This document shows positions 41,411 through 51,926 of a DNA stretch of 64,000 nt, piece by piece. The translations under genes were made by a program, and so were the position numbers. The notes beneath the pieces are model-generated. The model did no database searches. It had not been told where the DNA came from and saw nothing but the letters and a program-made list of their open reading frames with translations. This DNA comes from a virus: the IMG/VR virus record IMGVR_UViG_3300028840_003906, one strand, 5' to 3'. The stretch's first letter is position 1. Each line of letters starts with the position of its first letter.

Positions 41411-42684
41411 TGCTGTATCACTCCCCAGTTGCCCAGGTGATCATCATCGATCCCGATAGCGGACAGGAGTGGAAGTGGACATCTCCCGATCTCCCGTACT
41501 TGACCGGGTGCACGATCAACTATGAGCGCGGGCGAGTTTCTGTTTTTACGGTCAGTTTGGACATCACGTACGAAGTTGGGATCAAGCTAATGAGTCTTCC
41601 GAGCCCGTTCAAACAGGGCAATATCGTGAAGGCGCGGATTGGGTACGCGACGGGGGGGTGGACTCCATGGGCCTCTGGATTCCTTCAGCAAGGCGGAGCT
41701 GGTCTCAGCCTCGATGCGAACGGTCTGTCCGGCCAGATCACGATCCAGAACGCTGCGATCAGTGCTCAGTACAAGGCAGACAAGGTTGGGATTCGCGAGG
41801 CGGATGGTGACTTGGTTCGGATTCTTGAAAACTGTGCCCGGTTCATGGGGCTGGAGTTGAATATCTCGGTGGACGCAGACACGGCGATCCTGGGAGACAA
41901 GAAGCAGTATGCGAATGGTCTTCTTGACCTCAACTCGTTGGATATCGTCAAGAAGATCTGCACGGATTGGAATCTTGAGTGGTGGACGGGGACCGCTGTA
42001 GGGACGGAGGACGGTGGCAGAAAGTTGTTCGTCACTACGCCTGGTGAGCTTTCGAAGAAGGTCGACCAGGATACGGTCGTGAGAACTTACATGGTCCGTG
42101 GGGTCATTGACGACGCGAACAATTTGTATCCGTGTCTCTCCTGGAGCCCCGAGGAATCCGAGTTTGCTTCCTGGCTTGTTGGGACCACCCAGGACCCGGC
42201 GGGGCATGGTGTCGATGCGGCGGATATTGATGTTGACACGGGGGAGGTCTACGAGATCTCGGTGGAGCCGTCCCAGCAGGATGTGGCGACCGTCGGGTTC
42301 CTCTCTGGGGACCCTCCGCGAGATGAGTGGTTTGATGAGCTGACGAACGATGTGGAGAAAGCGGACGGAACACAGGGTGAGTACATGAGCTTCCCCGTTG
42401 ATCCGGCTGACAAACCAAAGGCTGAAGCTCAGGTCAAGAACCGGCAGTTGCAGGGGAACCAGGCGCAGAAGGGTGTGATCACGTCGATCGGGGTCCCGGA
42501 TGAGCGCGTAGGGAATCATTGCAGGTTGTTGGCGGCCGGGGCGATTTTTGACGATTTGTACATGGTGGACAAGATGACTCACACGTATGCGCCCGGGAGC
42601 TGGGACATGTCTCTGACCGTGCACCGAGAGGGGACGAAGGCGAAGACGGGCGATCAGCAAGAAACACAGCAGGGGCAGATGTAA
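41410..42684 (+). CDS. baseplate hub protein (gp27 / late control D-like)
   Basis: Position; C-terminal GVITSIGVP..DDLYMVDKMTH. Confidence 0.7.
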   Translation: MLYHSPVAQVIIIDPDSGQEWKWTSPDLPYLTGCTINYERGRVSVFTVSLDITYEVGIKLMSLPSPFKQGNIVKARIGYATGGWTPWASGFLQQGGAGLSLDANGLSGQITIQNAAISAQYKADKVGIREADGDLVRILENCARFMGLELNISVDADTAILGDKKQYANGLLDLNSLDIVKKICTDWNLEWWTGTAVGTEDGGRKLFVTTPGELSKKVDQDTVVRTYMVRGVIDDANNLYPCLSWSPEESEFASWLVGTTQDPAGHGVDAADIDVDTGEVYEISVEPSQQDVATVGFLSGDPPRDEWFDELTNDVEKADGTQGEYMSFPVDPADKPKAEAQVKNRQLQGNQAQKGVITSIGVPDERVGNHCRLLAAGAIFDDLYMVDKMTHTYAPGSWDMSLTVHREGTKAKTGDQQETQQGQM

Positions 42685-43649
42685 TGGCGTTCTCCGGGAA
42701 ATCGATGCTGCAAAGGCTGCAGGACCCGATCGGGTGGCTGAAGAACGCCATTTCGACGATTGGCCTTGAGGGCTTTGCTGGCCGCTACTATGGCCTGTAC
42801 TCTGGACGCGTGATAGACAACTCGGACCCGGAGCAGCGGGGACGTGTTCGGGCGCTGTGCCCTGCCATTCGGCATGTCAAAGAGGAAGACGTCAGCGAGG
42901 ACTTCTGGATGATGCCTTCGATGCCTGGGTTGGGAATCGATCCGGACACTGGACAGATGACTGGCGTCTTTCACCCTCCGGATGAGGGGACGAATATCTG
43001 GATCTTGTTTCGCCATGGGAACCCGGAGTTTCCAGTCTATATCGGCGGGTGGATCACGAAGAACAAGGAGTCGGATACGTTCGACAGTGAGGATGCGCTG
43101 AAGAAGGGGATTCGGACGAAGACCGGTCACTACATTCGGCTGAACGACGACGCGGAGGATCTGAATCTAACGATCGGCCGAGGGGACGGATCCGGTGCCG
43201 AGACTCCGATGTTCCTGTCTTTCACGAAGGAGGGTCATACGATCCTGACGAACATTCTGGGTTCCGTATTGTACATGAATGGGGAGAAGCCAGAGACTAG
43301 CTTGATGACGGCGAATTCAGATGGGGACGTGACATCGTTCCTTCTGCTTGGGGATGACAAGCTCACCCTGGCGACGAAGAGTGGAGGTGCCTACGGGATC
43401 GACGGGAAGGATCACACCCTCACTGGGGACAATGTGATCGCGGACTGCTCGAAGGAGTTTGTTGCAAATGCTGGGACGGTGAGGCTGGCGAAGGGGGCGA
43501 GTGAGCCTGCGGTCCGGGGGAACAAGTTCCTGCTGTGGAGTCTCGTGCATCAGCACACGGCGACTATCCCGCTTGGGACGACGGTGGTAGGCCCGACGCC
43601 TCCTCCGACTCTGTACAAGGAACTCTCTGAGAAAGTGCTGATCGGGTAA
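42684..43649 (+). CDS. central spike protein (gp5/VgrG/gpV OB-fold)
   Basis: GRVIDNSDPEQRGRVRA..PPDEGTNIWILFRHGNPEFPVYIG; C-terminal HQH apex motif. Confidence 0.9.
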   Translation: MAFSGKSMLQRLQDPIGWLKNAISTIGLEGFAGRYYGLYSGRVIDNSDPEQRGRVRALCPAIRHVKEEDVSEDFWMMPSMPGLGIDPDTGQMTGVFHPPDEGTNIWILFRHGNPEFPVYIGGWITKNKESDTFDSEDALKKGIRTKTGHYIRLNDDAEDLNLTIGRGDGSGAETPMFLSFTKEGHTILTNILGSVLYMNGEKPETSLMTANSDGDVTSFLLLGDDKLTLATKSGGAYGIDGKDHTLTGDNVIADCSKEFVANAGTVRLAKGASEPAVRGNKFLLWSLVHQHTATIPLGTTVVGPTPPPTLYKELSEKVLIG

Positions 43650-44011
43650 TGGCGAGCAAATGCAAAATACCGATACCTCCGACGCTGAAACTCGCGCTGC
43701 CGATCCCGCAGCCGCCGATCAGTATTCCGAGTCCGCCGAAGCTTCCGGGGGTTCCAGGTGTACCGTCGATTCCTGGTGTCTCCTTGAATGTGTCAGGATT
43801 GAAGTTGGCGCTGCCGATCCCGCAGCCGCCATTTTCGATTCCTGGGCCGCCGAAGCTTCCGGATGTCCCTGGTGCCCCGGATATTCCGGGGGTGACGCTG
43901 AATGTTCCGGGGTTGAAACTTGCGCTGCCGATCCCACAGCCGCCGTTTTCGATCCCGAGGCCGCCAAAATTGCCCGAGACACCGGAGGTTCCACCGTGTC
44001 CTCTGGATTGA
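43649..44011 (+). CDS. Pro-rich protein with three tandem repeats of about 40 aa
   Basis: KLALPIPQPP repeated three times; coupled to the spike gene (TAATG). Confidence 0.65.
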   Translation: MASKCKIPIPPTLKLALPIPQPPISIPSPPKLPGVPGVPSIPGVSLNVSGLKLALPIPQPPFSIPGPPKLPDVPGAPDIPGVTLNVPGLKLALPIPQPPFSIPRPPKLPETPEVPPCPLD

Positions 44012-44021
44012 AAATGGAGTG

Positions 44022-44035
44022 CGAACTTGAGTTCG
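44022..44035. repeat. CGAAC-N4-GTTCG palindrome
   Basis: CGAACTTGAGTTCG, intergenic. Confidence 0.85.
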
Positions 44036-44053
44036 CTTTGATAGGATAGAGCG

Positions 44054-44488
44054 ATGCCGACTGCATACCAGCCACCTCCAGTTTCGAGCGCGGACACCGT
44101 GAAGACGCTGGCGTTCCCGTTCCAGCGTGGACCATCTGGGTTCCCGGCTCTTGCGGATCCGAAGAGAGTGGCGTTCTACAAGATTTCATCTCTCCTTCTG
44201 ACGGCGAAGGGCGAACGCGTGATGAACCCGGACTACGGGGTGGAAATCCACAACTACGTGTTCGACAATCTGACTCCGATCACTGCTGCGAAGATATCGT
44301 CTGCCGTGGTGGCGGCGATCCAGACCTGGATCCCGGAGGTGACAGTTCTCAGGGTGGTTCCGACACTTCAGCAGAACAACGACAAGACGCAGTCGACGAT
44401 CATCCTGGAGATTTCTTACAGGGTGGCAAACCAGGCTGCGAACATGCAGGTCCCGATAAACGTCGGGACAATTCAGAGTAATCCGTGA
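44054..44488 (+). CDS. baseplate wedge gp25-like protein
   Basis: LLLTAKGERVMNPDYG..IQTWIPEV. Confidence 0.9.
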   Translation: MPTAYQPPPVSSADTVKTLAFPFQRGPSGFPALADPKRVAFYKISSLLLTAKGERVMNPDYGVEIHNYVFDNLTPITAAKISSAVVAAIQTWIPEVTVLRVVPTLQQNNDKTQSTIILEISYRVANQAANMQVPINVGTIQSNP

Positions 44489-44499
44489 GGAGTTGATAG

Positions 44500-46761
44500 A
44501 TGACGGATCCTTACAACCCACTGGTTCAAGACCTGACCCCTCTGAATGAGGTCAAGTACGCTGCGCGGGACTACCCAAGCATCTACGACTCCCTCTTTCG
44601 GAGATTGAAGATCGAATACGAGGACGTCTACAACGACTACTCCACGACGCTTCAGGGAATCATGTTCATCGAGCTGATGGCCTACGCCATTCAGCAGCTC
44701 CAGTTTTATCTCGACAGGACGGCGAGCGACTGCTTCTTGGATACCGCGCGTACGCGAGCGGCTGTAGCGCGTTTGGTGAAGCAGATTGGGTACAAGATGG
44801 GGGCGGCTTCTTCGTCTTCCACAAACCTGACGCTGACCTTCACGGATGGGACGACCGGCCCGTTTATTCTGCCTGCTCGATGGCAGTTCCTGGGGCCGAA
44901 TGGACTGATCTACGAGTCTTATGCTGCGTACTCCCAGCCGGTCGCGCTTTCTCCAGGAGACACGATTGAGATCCCTGTTCGGCAGGGTGAGACGAGGCTC
45001 CTTTCGTACACGTCTGACGGATCGAAGAATCAGCAGTATCGGCTGACCAATATTGCTGACGATCGCTTCCTTGGGGACGGGACCGTGGATGTCTGGGTGG
45101 ACGGACTTCTCTGGGATGAGGTTGAGTTCCTGGAGTTCGAGAAGAGCAACCAGTACGAGGTCGGATACAACGACAGTCCGCCGATCGTTCAGTTCGGTGA
45201 CGGCATTGCCGGAAACGTTCCGCCGGAGGGGGCCGAGGTCAAGATTCGGTTCGTCATTGTTGCGGGAGAGCTTGGAAATGTGAAGGCGAATTCGATCACG
45301 TCCTCCATCGACACGCTCTTCATCGGCGGAGATGAAGTTGCGTTCACGGTGGACAATGCCACTGAGGCGAACGGCGGACAGGATCCAGAGGATCCGGAGC
45401 GCGCAAAGAAGCTGGCTCCGTTCTCGTTTGCTGCGCGTGGTGCTGCTATCACGCAGCCGGACTACGAGGCTCTCTCTGAGAGCTTTTCGGATCCGACGTA
45501 TGGAACTGTTGCAAAGTCGTTTGCCTTCAATCCTCGTGGGGCGTATCAGGACAGCGTATTCAACACGCTGGCCGGGAACATCGACCAGAATCTGAGTGAC
45601 TACCTGAACGGCGGCGGCGTATACACTGGCGCCCTTGCTCTTGAGACTGACCTCAATAGCAAGGCTGCTGATCTTGTCGATCCCCTGAATGGGTTCACGG
45701 ACGATCTGACGGATTTGGAGACAATTCGGTCTGGGCTTGAGACCAACATCGGAACGGCTACGACGGATTGTGAGACCGCACGTTCTGAGGGAAGAAGTGC
45801 AGAATCATCTGCCCAGCTTTCTGCAGACGAGTGCCAGGATGCGATCACGGAGATTTCGGATCTGGAGACCTACATTGGGACCCTCTCCAGTTTGACACCC
45901 ACGGAGGTGGCCCAGCTTCTTTCGTACACTGGGACCATCAACGGGCACGTGAATGCTGCATACACGTACTCTTCGAACGCGCGGACGAGTGCGTCCAGTG
46001 CTGCTTCGGCTTCGGGGTCGGCGATCAACAATGCATTGACTCCAGCGAATCTTGTTGTCGCCGATCCGTCTCCGACAGGGGCTCCGGATGTTACGATTCC
46101 GACGATCATCACGGACATGGGATCCGACAAGGATGACATAGACGATGTCGTGAATGGCAGCGGTGGCATCATCGATTTGGCGGCATCGATTAGTGGCCAG
46201 GCGACACTTCTGAATGACAACGTGAGTGCGATTGGTGGGCTGAACGGAGAGATGCAGGAGCGGGTTGGCGAGTTGTTCAACGCGGATTGCCTGAGCAACT
46301 TCGTCCAGGTTCCGATCTTGAGTTTGGATACGGACGGGAATTATACAGCGCCTTCGGTTGGGTTGATCACTGGCCTGCAGGCGCGCTTGGATGAGATCAA
46401 GGAAGTGACACAGCACGTGGAGGTGGTGGACGGGAGTTCGCTTTTGGTTCCTGCTGAGATCGCCATGCTCTTGGAGGTGAACAAGGCCGCGTATGTCGAG
46501 TCCGAAGTCGTGTCCGACGCGGTTGCGACCGTCATTGGGCTGCTGAAGAAGCGAGACTTCAATGATCCGCTGTATCTCTCGACGTTGTACGAGAATGTGG
46601 AAGCCTTGAACGGTGTTGTTCGTGTGAACATTGAGATCACTGGGCCTGCTTCCTCTCTCGACGCGGAGGGTAACCTTGTGCCGACGGAGACCAATAGGGT
46701 GATCAGCTTCGGCTCCTTGATCATCAGGGACAAGGACGGAAACGTCCTGTATTCGGGGTAA
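44500..46761 (+). CDS. baseplate J / gp6-like wedge protein with a helical insertion
   Basis: ARDYPSI..FLDTARTR..IGYK; VQFGDGIAGNVP; RAITQPDYE. Confidence 0.9.
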   Translation: MTDPYNPLVQDLTPLNEVKYAARDYPSIYDSLFRRLKIEYEDVYNDYSTTLQGIMFIELMAYAIQQLQFYLDRTASDCFLDTARTRAAVARLVKQIGYKMGAASSSSTNLTLTFTDGTTGPFILPARWQFLGPNGLIYESYAAYSQPVALSPGDTIEIPVRQGETRLLSYTSDGSKNQQYRLTNIADDRFLGDGTVDVWVDGLLWDEVEFLEFEKSNQYEVGYNDSPPIVQFGDGIAGNVPPEGAEVKIRFVIVAGELGNVKANSITSSIDTLFIGGDEVAFTVDNATEANGGQDPEDPERAKKLAPFSFAARGAAITQPDYEALSESFSDPTYGTVAKSFAFNPRGAYQDSVFNTLAGNIDQNLSDYLNGGGVYTGALALETDLNSKAADLVDPLNGFTDDLTDLETIRSGLETNIGTATTDCETARSEGRSAESSAQLSADECQDAITEISDLETYIGTLSSLTPTEVAQLLSYTGTINGHVNAAYTYSSNARTSASSAASASGSAINNALTPANLVVADPSPTGAPDVTIPTIITDMGSDKDDIDDVVNGSGGIIDLAASISGQATLLNDNVSAIGGLNGEMQERVGELFNADCLSNFVQVPILSLDTDGNYTAPSVGLITGLQARLDEIKEVTQHVEVVDGSSLLVPAEIAMLLEVNKAAYVESEVVSDAVATVIGLLKKRDFNDPLYLSTLYENVEALNGVVRVNIEITGPASSLDAEGNLVPTETNRVISFGSLIIRDKDGNVLYSG

Positions 46762-46767
46762 TTCAAA

Positions 46768-48855
46768 ATGACTGACGAAACCAGAAGATTTCAGTGGCCG
46801 ATACCAGCGTGGAATGCTGACTGGCAGAAGTGGCAGGAGCGTTTCGCCGATCTGACGGCGAACATTGACGCGACGGTGTTTGCGGTGATGAGCAACTCCA
46901 AGCTCATCATGAAGGATCTGCCGAGTGTCGAGGTCCGCGAGCCAACTCCTGGGGATTGGATCTTGGAGATGAAGGGAGATGCGAAGTTCGTCTCCAGGAA
47001 TCTTCTGACGGAAATTGTGGTGACGCAGGAGAGCGTTGCTTTGCAGGCCGACTCTATACTTGGGCTCACGTTCACGCCTGGCGCTGTTGGGCAGCAGACG
47101 GCCTCCTGGGAGGTGTACCCGCAGAGCGTGTCGAATGATCCGGAAATCGTGCCGGTCGGGTACGTGGACGATTCCTACAACATCATCTGGTACAACGGAG
47201 CGGAGATAGCTGCTGGCGGTGGTGTTCAGAAGCTCTTCGGGGCGGCAGGTGGAAGTGGGTCTGCGACCGACAAGGTCAAGATCTCGGCGGCGGACACCCT
47301 GGCGAACTATCTCCAGAGCAAGCTGGCTGCTGGTTCGAATATCACCCTGACGAAATTGAATCCCGGTGCGAACGAGCAGTTGGAGATCAGTGCTCCGGCG
47401 TCTTCGGTACCGACGGGGACTGGTGTGCTGCATGTCGATGCCACAAACGGAAGCGATCTGACTGGGGATGGTTCGGTTGGTAATCCGTTTGCCTCGATCG
47501 CATATGCTGCATCCACTATCTCGGCTCCTGTAAGCTACGCTGAGTTCAGTACGCCTCTCGTTTTCATGGTGGCTCCTGGAACGTATTCTGCGGATGTCAC
47601 GCTTCCGTATCGCTTGGATATGCGGATTACTGGGGACAACGTCGACATCACAGGGAAACTCATCTGGGGATACGACATCCAGTATTGGTACGGGCAGAGC
47701 TTGCTCACGAACATCCCGGTCCTCTCGATTGCGCCGATCACTCCGTTGGCCATGAAGGTGGCGAGCATTGACTGCAAGAACGATGCTCCCGGGAACGGGA
47801 CGATTGATCCGTACGTCCGGTGGCTCTCGATCGACAAGTGCTTCGTTCGAGAGGGAAACATCCTGAACCTGGAGTCTGGTGCCACCGGGGCCGGAGAGTG
47901 TACTGGCGGCCTCGTTCTCTTCATGGATGAGTGCTACCCGTATGAGCCGTACGCTTTTAGCAGTGGGCGAATTGGTGGGCAGCGGGAGAGTTCTTTTGCT
48001 GACGATCCGAACTTCATCATCCTGGCTGCCACCAACTCTCAGATCAAACATGATCTCTGTGGTTGCACGAGCTTCTTGCTTGCGAACGGGGTCTCTTTTG
48101 CAGGGGATGTGGATTACACCATGGACCCGATCACGGGGACGACTCCGGGGTATGCGGGATCGATTGGTGGCGCGAGTAATGATTTGCAGGTCGGGAACTG
48201 TTCCATCGAGCAAGATTGGAAGATCGGATGGGATGGGGTCACAGGAAGCACGCCTGGGGATCTCGTGGTGGACGCAAACACGTACGGGGATCTGGCGGTA
48301 ACGAACACTCTCACCCTGGACAACGTCGCTGTCGAGCTTGCGGACGTGGCAGAGGGAATCAAGGTTGATGGATCCTCTTACACGGGCGCCTTGATTGGGC
48401 AGGAGCAGGCCCAGGGTTGCTTCGATGCGCTGGACAACATTCCGCTTCATCTCAAGCTGGCTCAGGTGACGAGCAACACGACTCCGACGGAGCTGGTGAA
48501 TCCGGACGGCATTGTGATCCAGGCCAATGGGAACGTCGGCGTGATGTTCCTGGAGGCTGACATCATTGCCAAGCGTGCGAACAACAATATCGTCCATCGG
48601 ACGTGGACGGTGAAGGCTGTTTTCCAAGATGATGACCTCGGATCGAGATCGATCATCACGTCGCCACAGGACAAGCAGACACACTACATGTCGTCTGTTT
48701 ACGATGAGGCTTCGTGGGATGCCTACTTTGAGTATTACGACGCTTCGGGGACACCTCGTGTGCGTTTGATGGCTGTTGGCGATTCGACTGCTGGAAATGT
48801 CCGGTGGGAAGCGCGAGTGAAGGTTGTTGCGGTTCAGTTCGACAACGCTTCATAG
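46768..48855 (+). CDS. tail fibre/spike protein
   Basis: Beta-helix-like composition; DKVKISAADTLANYLQSKL motif. Confidence 0.6.
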   Translation: MTDETRRFQWPIPAWNADWQKWQERFADLTANIDATVFAVMSNSKLIMKDLPSVEVREPTPGDWILEMKGDAKFVSRNLLTEIVVTQESVALQADSILGLTFTPGAVGQQTASWEVYPQSVSNDPEIVPVGYVDDSYNIIWYNGAEIAAGGGVQKLFGAAGGSGSATDKVKISAADTLANYLQSKLAAGSNITLTKLNPGANEQLEISAPASSVPTGTGVLHVDATNGSDLTGDGSVGNPFASIAYAASTISAPVSYAEFSTPLVFMVAPGTYSADVTLPYRLDMRITGDNVDITGKLIWGYDIQYWYGQSLLTNIPVLSIAPITPLAMKVASIDCKNDAPGNGTIDPYVRWLSIDKCFVREGNILNLESGATGAGECTGGLVLFMDECYPYEPYAFSSGRIGGQRESSFADDPNFIILAATNSQIKHDLCGCTSFLLANGVSFAGDVDYTMDPITGTTPGYAGSIGGASNDLQVGNCSIEQDWKIGWDGVTGSTPGDLVVDANTYGDLAVTNTLTLDNVAVELADVAEGIKVDGSSYTGALIGQEQAQGCFDALDNIPLHLKLAQVTSNTTPTELVNPDGIVIQANGNVGVMFLEADIIAKRANNNIVHRTWTVKAVFQDDDLGSRSIITSPQDKQTHYMSSVYDEASWDAYFEYYDASGTPRVRLMAVGDSTAGNVRWEARVKVVAVQFDNAS

Positions 48856-48864
48856 GAGTAGATC

Positions 48865-51800
48865 ATGGGATTCAACAACAATGCGGACAAGATATATGTC
48901 GAGACGACTACGACTCCGTATTCGGTCGGCGAGAACAAGTGGGGCTGGACGTTTGCTGGGAATGTCTCTGGTGGGAAGGCGACGTTTGAGATTCCCAACA
49001 CTGACACGTATCCTGCTGGTACGAGGTTGACGCTTGTTTTGGTCTCGGGGACGGGGACGATCGAGGTCCAGGCTCCTTCGGCGATCATTATCAACAAGTC
49101 CGGTGGAAGCATCCAGAATATCGGAGCGAATGCGTACGGGGCCAAGATCGTCTTGGAGAGCAACGGGGCGGCATGGGTCATGTCCGAGGGGCTCGGGACC
49201 TGGTACGATGTTGACGACGACGATCCGGCGACCAGGTACAGCTCGTTCGATGGTTCGAGCGGGGATTCCACCCAGGACAATCTGGTGAAGTATAACGCTG
49301 ACGGTCAGCCCGTCGATTCGCTGGTGCCTCTCAATATGTTTCGATCTCTGCATGTGGCCAGTGGAGCGAGTGGTCGAAAGTGGCAACTCTCCTGGGATAG
49401 TCCTTCGCATGAGCTGACGGTGACTGTGGAGACAGATTTCGAGATGTACATCCAGGGTCGGCTGATCACGGTGTCGGCCGGGGACTACACTGATGACTCC
49501 TGGACCCCGGCTGGAACAGGAGAGGATGATCAGGTGTTTCGTTGGATTGCAGATTTCTCGGAGGTCACACCGAGCATTTCGGTTGGGACATCTGGTGGGG
49601 CAAACACTGTGCGGTGTACAGATGTGTACTCCAACGCAACCGACGGACTTGTCTTGTTGACGGACACTACACCTCCTGGCGCTTTCCCTGAGGCTGCCGA
49701 GACGTTCTTCCGGCAGTTCTGGAGTGGGGTTCAGGTTGTGGATGGTGGATACCCTGAGGACTGGACCCTCGACACAGAGGGGGACAACAACGTCCGGTTC
49801 GACATGGGGGATCTTGATGCCATTGTCATCGGTAGCGCTGTCGGCATTGTGAACTCGAATGGTGGTGAAGCCTGGGGATATCCCTTTGAGACGGGATCCG
49901 GATTCGGTTTTGCCGAGATGCCTGTCCTTCATACAACGGCTACTGGGTTTGATCTCTCGGAGAATGGGTCCGGGGCATCTTTTCCGTTCCTGATCGCTGG
50001 CACCGGGCGTGTGGCTTACGACAACAGTGGGTCACAGACTGAGGCTTCTGATGGAAACTACGTGCCGTATTTCATCGTTGCGACAAACTGTCCGTATGCT
50101 CCGCTGATGATGATTCAGGGGATGACGGACTCCGATGATCTGAATTTCATGAGGCGCTACTCGTGGAAGGATCACGTTGGTGGGGGGGGAGGCGTTCCCG
50201 ATAACCTTTCTATCCACATCATCGGCAGGGTGATTTTTCAGACGGATGACACGTTTACAACTGGTACCTGCAAGGTGAAGATCGCAGCCTACGATGACTA
50301 CCGCAGGGTGGCAACGCCGTACGATCCAACAGTTGATGATCTGTCTCACTGGCTGCTCGATGACGTTGCCCAGGACGTCCACAAGCAATATGGATGGAGA
50401 AGGGCTCCTACGGTGTTGCTGACAGGTGGGAGCACATCACTCGCTCTGACGAAGGAGGACGACCAGTCGATTGTTGCAGCGACGTCATTGACTGGGGATG
50501 CGTCGATTACTCTCCCGAAGATCGAAGACTCGGACATGACTGGGTACACCGTTCTGATCGAGAGTTTCGAGGGGACATATAACGTCAATATTGCTGCGGC
50601 GACGGGGGGATCGGGGGATATCATTTTTGTTCCCAAGGTGGGAACTCTCATGCCGCCAACCGCCGAGCTGGAGACCGACACGTCTGGAAGCTCAGTCGTT
50701 TTCGTTGCGTACTATGCTGGAGCGAACTCTTACTGGCTGGCTACGAGCGTCCTTGGAACATGGTATGACCCGAATGCGGGTACACCTGAGGACACGAGGG
50801 GAGTCTTTTGGCAGCACGTACCAAGTGGGGCAGAGGGGAACCTTACGGCGATCGGCCCTAACAGGACAATTATTGACTCGACTTATACACCTGATGATTT
50901 CGACCCATACCGCTCGTATGTCCTTAGTGTCCAAGGTAGGCAGAAAACATCTCATCTCTTCCAGTATCCGGTTTCGAATGACCCGGATGGGAGAATTGAA
51001 GAAGGGGTCGGTGTCACGTGGTCTACCACACCTGGTGGTGACTACGGAGTGATAGTAGAGGTCACAGATCCTCCAGACTGGGAGGCCAGCACGGCATATT
51101 CCTTGAACGACTTGGTCCAGTCCACAGCTGGTGATCACTATGAGTGCACCACGGCTGGTACGTCTGGCGGAACAGAGCCGACATGGGATACGGACATTGG
51201 GGACACCACTTCAGATGGGGGGGGAACTCTTGTTTGGACGCGGGTTGAGGACTACAAGCTTGCCTCTCACTACGGCAAGGCTATGGGCCAGGGTCTTCGT
51301 CCCATAGTGGTCCTTCGAAAAGAAAACGTTGTCACAGAAGAGTTTTACGTCCCCGGTACCTTTGGTGACGACACACAGAATATTCAAGTCCTATGGGCCG
51401 CCACGACAGCCTATTCTCTTGGAGATGTTGTTAGGCCAGCTGCCGAGCCTGCTGAGTGCTACGTTTGCACTACGGCTGGTACATCTGGGGCTTCGGAGCC
51501 AACTTGGAATACAGGTGTCGGGGATACCACCTCGGATGGTGGCGGAACCCTCGTTTGGACCCGGGTCCTCAATCCTGACGGTCTGTTGCATGATGACAAC
51601 GGGCAATACTTCAAGTGGAGGCGAGGCAAGGCAAATATCGCTGCCGTAGAGGTGCGGTGTACCGATGCGGACTCCACGTCTGACCCCAAGCTCTATATGC
51701 TATTTAACGGCCGGTATCCGTTTGTCACTGGCCTCTTGGACGTTGATGAGACATGGAGAGTGGTTGGTTCGTTTGGTTTGGCATTCACTGAGCAGGACAT

Positions 51801-51897
51801 TGATTACGGCGATTTCATCGAGTTGTACATCACTTTGGCTGGTGGAACTGGAGATGCTGAGAACTTGACTGTGCTCATGACGTTCATCATGGAGTAG
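48865..51897 (+). CDS. large tail fibre / receptor-binding protein with two CBM5/12-like repeats
   Basis: Two copies of W.A.TAYSL.D.V..YxCTTAGTSG..EPTW. Confidence 0.65.
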   Translation: MGFNNNADKIYVETTTTPYSVGENKWGWTFAGNVSGGKATFEIPNTDTYPAGTRLTLVLVSGTGTIEVQAPSAIIINKSGGSIQNIGANAYGAKIVLESNGAAWVMSEGLGTWYDVDDDDPATRYSSFDGSSGDSTQDNLVKYNADGQPVDSLVPLNMFRSLHVASGASGRKWQLSWDSPSHELTVTVETDFEMYIQGRLITVSAGDYTDDSWTPAGTGEDDQVFRWIADFSEVTPSISVGTSGGANTVRCTDVYSNATDGLVLLTDTTPPGAFPEAAETFFRQFWSGVQVVDGGYPEDWTLDTEGDNNVRFDMGDLDAIVIGSAVGIVNSNGGEAWGYPFETGSGFGFAEMPVLHTTATGFDLSENGSGASFPFLIAGTGRVAYDNSGSQTEASDGNYVPYFIVATNCPYAPLMMIQGMTDSDDLNFMRRYSWKDHVGGGGGVPDNLSIHIIGRVIFQTDDTFTTGTCKVKIAAYDDYRRVATPYDPTVDDLSHWLLDDVAQDVHKQYGWRRAPTVLLTGGSTSLALTKEDDQSIVAATSLTGDASITLPKIEDSDMTGYTVLIESFEGTYNVNIAAATGGSGDIIFVPKVGTLMPPTAELETDTSGSSVVFVAYYAGANSYWLATSVLGTWYDPNAGTPEDTRGVFWQHVPSGAEGNLTAIGPNRTIIDSTYTPDDFDPYRSYVLSVQGRQKTSHLFQYPVSNDPDGRIEEGVGVTWSTTPGGDYGVIVEVTDPPDWEASTAYSLNDLVQSTAGDHYECTTAGTSGGTEPTWDTDIGDTTSDGGGTLVWTRVEDYKLASHYGKAMGQGLRPIVVLRKENVVTEEFYVPGTFGDDTQNIQVLWAATTAYSLGDVVRPAAEPAECYVCTTAGTSGASEPTWNTGVGDTTSDGGGTLVWTRVLNPDGLLHDDNGQYFKWRRGKANIAAVEVRCTDADSTSDPKLYMLFNGRYPFVTGLLDVDETWRVVGSFGLAFTEQDIDYGDFIELYITLAGGTGDAENLTVLMTFIME

Positions 51898-51899
51898 AA

Positions 51900-51913
51900 C
51901 GAACTTGAGTTCG
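51900..51913. repeat. CGAAC-N4-GTTCG palindrome
   Basis: CGAACTTGAGTTCG, intergenic. Confidence 0.85.
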
Positions 51914-51926
51914 TCTGGAGGGTAAA

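Noticed and set aside
45805-48684. 959-aa antisense ORF and similar long minus-strand ORFs over structural genes
   Set aside because: They are GC-rich shadow frames opposite well-supported baseplate, tail and sheath genes, with no recognisable motifs.
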